Assembly (NCBI GenBank): GCA_044440125.1 | Contig: JBITAJ010000017.1 | Span: forward strand, 102,173-166,172 | Reading direction: 5' to 3' | DNA from: Sedimentisphaeraceae bacterium JB056 | Lineage (GTDB): Bacteria > Planctomycetota > Phycisphaerae > Sedimentisphaerales > Sedimentisphaeraceae | DNA length: 64,000 bases | In this document: piece by piece, positions 59,959 to 64,000 of the stretch | How positions within the stretch are numbered: the stretch's first letter is position 1 | How the letters are laid out: every line of letters begins with the position of its first letter | Notes under the pieces: generated by a model | The model's input: only the letters and a program-made list of their open reading frames with translations | Databases searched by the model: none | What the model was told of the DNA's origin: nothing | Made by a program: the position numbers and the translations under genes

Positions 59959-61362
59959 TTAGAGAATTACCTTGTCTTTAATGTGCTTGTACTGTTGTGC
60001 TTTTAGTTTAACCTTGTAACGTCTTTGGACCTGTGAGTTACCCCACCATCCTATTCGCAGTATCTGGATTTCAATAACATCTTCTTCTTGAATTTTCTCC
60101 ATCTCAAGTGAAAAACCTTCCATATTTTCAACCGGATTTGAATTGACAGTTAATACGATATCACCTGCTTTGAGACCGGAACTGTGTCCAACTCCGCCTT
60201 CGGTTACTTCGGTTATGATCAATACAGGATATGGGCTGTTGAAGTCAAACTTCTTTGCCATTTGGTCGTTGAGCTCAGATATTGATGTCTGGAAGAATCT
60301 GTCGAATATCTTGTTGCCGTCAGGGATTGGTCTATGTTCCAGTTTAAGAGAGAATTTGTGTGTTTTTTGATCAGACTCCCTGAAACATTCGATGTCTATC
60401 GACTGGTCAACTTCTTTATCCATAATCTTGACGTAGAAATCAATGAAATTTCCAACCTCTTTCCCGTCAATGGCTGTTATAAGGTCGCCGACTTCAAGTC
60501 CTTGCTCCATTGCGGGGCTCTCTGGTGATATTGAGGTTACTGTCAGGCCGTGATGGCTGTCATCTTTTGAGCATGACATCTTTCCTATCACAACGCCAAG
60601 ACGTACTCGTCTCAGTTTTTCGGGCATGATCATGCTGATAAGGTTGTTTGTGAGCGTGTCAACCGGTATGGCAAATCCTATGTTCTGTGCTTCCTGTCTG
60701 ATGGCTGTGTTTATGCCGATAAGTTCGCCGTTTATGTTGAGCAGGGGGCCGCCGGAATTACCTGGATTAATTGGTGCGGATGTCTGAAGCAGCCCGCGGA
60801 GCCAAAAATCATCTCTAACATGTATATTACGGTCTACCGCGCTGACTATGCCTTCTGTAACCGAGTTGGAGTATCCAAATGGATTGCCGACTGCGATGAC
60901 TGTTTCGCCGATCATTAAATCGCAGCTTGTACCCAGTTTCAGAGCCTTGAATTTTTCTTCGGCTTCAATTTTGAGGAAAGCCAGATCTTTGGTCTCATCA
61001 ACGCTGATTATATCTGCTTCGTATTCTTTGCCGTTGATGAATGTTACGCTTAGTTTGTCTGCGGATTTCACAACATGAGCGTTTGTGATTATATATCCGT
61101 CTTCGTGGACAACAAACCCGCTGCCAAGCTCAAATCTCTGAACGTGGTAACTTTGTTTCTGACGCTGAGGGCCAAAAAGGTTGTAGAAGTCCATCAAGTT
61201 TCTTGGCCTGTCGCTGACAAGCTGCTTGCCTGAAATGTTTACGATTGAGTCCTCGGCCGATTTGTATGCCTCAACTATAGGCGTAACACGGCTGTATTGT
61301 TCTTGTGGTTTATCCGCTATTACTGTTGTAGCTAATATTAGTAATAATAATAACTTATGCAT
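59959..61362 (-). CDS. HtrA/DegP-like serine protease with two PDZ domains
   Basis: GSGF, TNAHVV, DLA, INPGNSGGPL, two GD.I PDZ motifs. Confidence 0.95.
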   Translation of the reverse strand: MHKLLLLLILATTVIADKPQEQYSRVTPIVEAYKSAEDSIVNISGKQLVSDRPRNLMDFYNLFGPQRQKQSYHVQRFELGSGFVVHEDGYIITNAHVVKSADKLSVTFINGKEYEADIISVDETKDLAFLKIEAEEKFKALKLGTSCDLMIGETVIAVGNPFGYSNSVTEGIVSAVDRNIHVRDDFWLRGLLQTSAPINPGNSGGPLLNINGELIGINTAIRQEAQNIGFAIPVDTLTNNLISMIMPEKLRRVRLGVVIGKMSCSKDDSHHGLTVTSISPESPAMEQGLEVGDLITAIDGKEVGNFIDFYVKIMDKEVDQSIDIECFRESDQKTHKFSLKLEHRPIPDGNKIFDRFFQTSISELNDQMAKKFDFNSPYPVLIITEVTEGGVGHSSGLKAGDIVLTVNSNPVENMEGFSLEMEKIQEEDVIEIQILRIGWWGNSQVQRRYKVKLKAQQYKHIKDKVIL

Positions 61363-61620
61363 ATTTACTCCTCTGATGATATCTACATATGATCAGTGTA
61401 TCAAACGATGTATTCACTAACTAAAGAGGGATTATACCATATTGCTACAACATATCAATTTTTTTGAGCGGATGAATGGCTTTATAATTCATACTTTGGC
61501 AAATTTTTCTCTTTTGATACTTTTGTGGTAATCTTTTGGATGCTTTTTTGAGAAAATGCTTGCATTAAGAGCGAATTTCGTTAAATTATTGCACCTCTGC
61601 GAGACAGATATGTCTCTGAT

Positions 61621-61694
<74 letters not shown>

Positions 61695-61700
61695 CGTTAT

Positions 61701-61732
61701 AAGCTCCATTCGGTTTTGAATGGGGCTTTTTT
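61701..61732 (+). terminator. Rho-independent terminator after tRNA-Arg
   Basis: aagctccattc-ggtttt-gaatggggc followed by tttttt. Confidence 0.85.
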
Positions 61733-61875
61733 CGTTTTAAAAGGTGCAAAATTGGGGAAAATATTGAGGGAAACAGTGGAAAAGCTTGTTTTAGCACAAT
61801 TCTGCTATTTAGCAACAATGGCTGTTGCCAGTGGCTAAGATGTGGTTGAAATGTTTGAAATGTCATGGAATGGTG

Positions 61876-61903
61876 TTGATTTTTTTGTTTTTCGAGGTAT
61901 TAT
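61876..61903 (+). promoter_or_regulatory. Putative sigma70-like promoter for the RHS gene
   Basis: ttgatt-N16-tattat just upstream of the structured leader. Confidence 0.4.
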
Positions 61904-62293
61904 ATTTTTTTAATAAGCTGTAGTCGGCAAAAGCTGTTTTGGGCCTTATTATGTGCTCAATGCACAGTTTTTCGATGATTGCCGTCGACATTTGGTAAAT
62001 TTGTTGTTAAGTTCACTGGAATTCTTTTCCTACTTGAGTATATATTTTGTACACAGATAGTATATCTGTCCGGTTAATAATGATCAATTATCGATAGTGG
62101 GCCTGTTTTTCATGGCAGAGACTCCGGCGAGCGTTATTTGAGGCCCATTCTCGTCTACCCTGTCAGAACAAAATTTTAAGTTATAGATAAGGATTTCCTA
62201 AAAGGGCATGGGTTTAATCTATGAGCGATATCTTGTATTTCAAGGTGTGTAGAGAGTTTTTTAGATGTTTATTCTGACCGAGGAGTAATTAGA

Positions 62294-64000
62294 ATGGTGC
62301 GTAAGTTAATTGTCTTAGCGGTTGTAGGTCTTTTTTCAAGTCTTGTTTTTGCAGATAGTCCCTGTTATTACAAAATAACTGTTGATGGGGAATGTGAGTG
62401 TGATTCTCCGATAGTTGAGGGATGCCCCGAAGGGGTTACGGGAGCGGGTATTTACAAGAAATATTCAAGCTCTGAGGTTCTTTATCCGATTCTCTCGGCG
62501 CTTGATTCAGCTTGGGTATTTTTGCAGGTTGGGACAATGTTTTCAATAAACACCTGTGAGGAACTCATATTCTGTGAGGGGATTATTCAAAATCAAGGTT
62601 GCTACGCCGACCCGAATTTCCTTGTATGCGACAGCGGGCAAGGCAGTTTTGTTTTTGATGTCTACGGCTATGATGCCGATTTGGATGATAATATACCTAA
62701 GTTTTCTGTTACTGTATCGCGGCTTTGCAGTTGTGAGGAATACATAAATATGCTTTCCGCTATGGGGCCCGACCCGAATTCTCCGGATAATGCATGTAAT
62801 TGCGATTGTGATACTGATCCCGCCTGCGGTGTTGAAGATGAGCTTGCAGATAATCAGGGAGATATAAAGCCTGACTCTGACGATTCAGGAGGACCTGAGC
62901 CGGCAATCAATGACCCTGTCTCACCAGCCAGCGGTAAGCTGTATTCGAGTATTACCGATATTACCCTGCCGGGACGTATGATGGATATCAATCTTACGCG
63001 TACTTATCGCGGTGATATGGATGATCCGGGCTTTACCCATACTTTCTACAGTCCCGCGGCAGGACAGAAAATACTTATCGGCTCTAATTTCGTAATGGAC
63101 AGGCCGCAAGAATATGATTTCCCTATAGCAGGCGATTTCTCCAGCTCAACCGGAGGAACAGTTTCTCATACATCGCTGGACTCCTACACCTATACATTTA
63201 TGCAGATAAATTCCGTTGACTGGGAATTCGATAATGACTGCTTCAATATCGACACCGGCGACCCTAACGACCCGAACAATATAGGTATTGTAACTTTCGA
63301 TGATTATGACAGTGGAGAAACAACCGTAACAACGCATTACTGCGTCTACGGAACCAACGACCCTAACGGCGGCAATCCCTTGATATATTTCAACAGCCAT
63401 CCTGAAGGTGATATATCGACTGTACACAGCAGAACGTTTGAATATGAGCTTGACGGCTATTCATGCAGATTCGGCAACAAATGGGATCATAATTATAATA
63501 TCTTCCTCGATTTTATTTTTGATCCGAACGAAGATGCACCAAAGAAATACGCCTTTGGCGGCGGTAACGGCAAGCGGCTTATGTTCGTGCAGGAGCCCGA
63601 GACCCCGTTCGGCGAGAGCAGCGTTTATAGATGCCCGAGCGATACCAGTGAGATACTTTACAGCACTGAAAACGGTTTCCAGCTTCATCGCAAGAGCGGA
63701 AATATTTATAAATTTAACAGTTATCTGAAGATAAGTGCCATAGAAGATTTAAACGGCAACCAGATTACCTTTACATACAGCAATGGTAACCTCTATCAGG
63801 TGACCAATGATATCGGCAATTATATCCGCTTCTATTATGATTCTCTGAATATGATAGACCATATTACCGATAACTTCGGAAGAACGTGGTATTATGACAG
63901 GGATTCTGATTTCGACCTTGTGAGTGTTACCAAGCCGATAACCGGAACATCTGGAAACATCACCAATACGTATACCTATGATGATGATCATAACCTGCTT
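62294..64000 (+). CDS. RHS/YD-repeat protein with signal peptide and DUF6531-like domain (3' end outside window; absent from ORF track)
   Basis: Hand translation: RBS gaggag, MVRKLIVLAVVGLFSSLVFA-DSPC...; DPVSPASGKLYSSITDITLPGRMMDINLTRTY; FGNKWDHNYNI; YD repeats IEDLNGNQITFTYS, ITDNFGRTWYYD, YTYDDDHNLL; no stop up to 64000. Confidence 0.9.
   Translation, partial: MVRKLIVLAVVGLFSSLVFADSPCYYKITVDGECECDSPIVEGCPEGVTGAGIYKKYSSSEVLYPILSALDSAWVFLQVGTMFSINTCEELIFCEGIIQNQGCYADPNFLVCDSGQGSFVFDVYGYDADLDDNIPKFSVTVSRLCSCEEYINMLSAMGPDPNSPDNACNCDCDTDPACGVEDELADNQGDIKPDSDDSGGPEPAINDPVSPASGKLYSSITDITLPGRMMDINLTRTYRGDMDDPGFTHTFYSPAAGQKILIGSNFVMDRPQEYDFPIAGDFSSSTGGTVSHTSLDSYTYTFMQINSVDWEFDNDCFNIDTGDPNDPNNIGIVTFDDYDSGETTVTTHYCVYGTNDPNGGNPLIYFNSHPEGDISTVHSRTFEYELDGYSCRFGNKWDHNYNIFLDFIFDPNEDAPKKYAFGGGNGKRLMFVQEPETPFGESSVYRCPSDTSEILYSTENGFQLHRKSGNIYKFNSYLKISAIEDLNGNQITFTYSNGNLYQVTNDIGNYIRFYYDSLNMIDHITDNFGRTWYYDRDSDFDLVSVTKPITGTSGNITNTYTYDDDHNLL

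Noticed and set aside
62556..63991. Short track ORFs 62556..62747, 62921..63109, 63146..63427, 63408..63728, 63461..63688 and 63749..63991
   Set aside because: All are off-frame or antisense shadows of the long RHS ORF starting at 62294

Overview
Bacterial chromosome window at roughly 40% GC. The gene content (prepilin-like H-x-DG protein, Tat sulfatase, single dockerin-like C-terminal tails, DPN-rich secreted proteins) points to a planctomycete of the Phycisphaerae/Sedimentisphaerales type; this is inference. 1-18.3 kb is mostly housekeeping and envelope genes: end of a large repetitive surface protein, an outer-membrane barrel, murE, suhB-like, DHDPS-like, M20 peptidase, BaiN-like flavoprotein, O-antigen-ligase/TPR plus WecA-like, tRNA-Pro(CGG) and system II cytochrome c maturation. 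18.8-48.4 kb is a ~30 kb accessory glycan-catabolism island with no SusC/SusD. It encodes a sulfatase, a pseudopilin, two heparinase II/III-type lyases, four secreted proteins built from six copies (plus one decayed copy) of a ~190-aa domain I cannot assign, an SSS transporter, a Gfo/Idh/MocA oxidoreductase, four divergent UroD/MtaA-fold proteins, twin AraC regulators and a GC-richer aminotransferase / amidohydrolase / creatininase-GNAT cassette. 48.5-61.7 kb holds YyaL-like, RmlD-like, FMN riboswitch-ribB, GntR, YgiQ radical SAM, GH95, a BNR protein, HtrA and tRNA-Arg(ACG). The window ends in a signal-peptide RHS/YD protein missing from the ORF track (62294 to beyond 64000), with a structured leader and a split DUF6531-like domain. 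All family calls come from motif recognition, not database searches.
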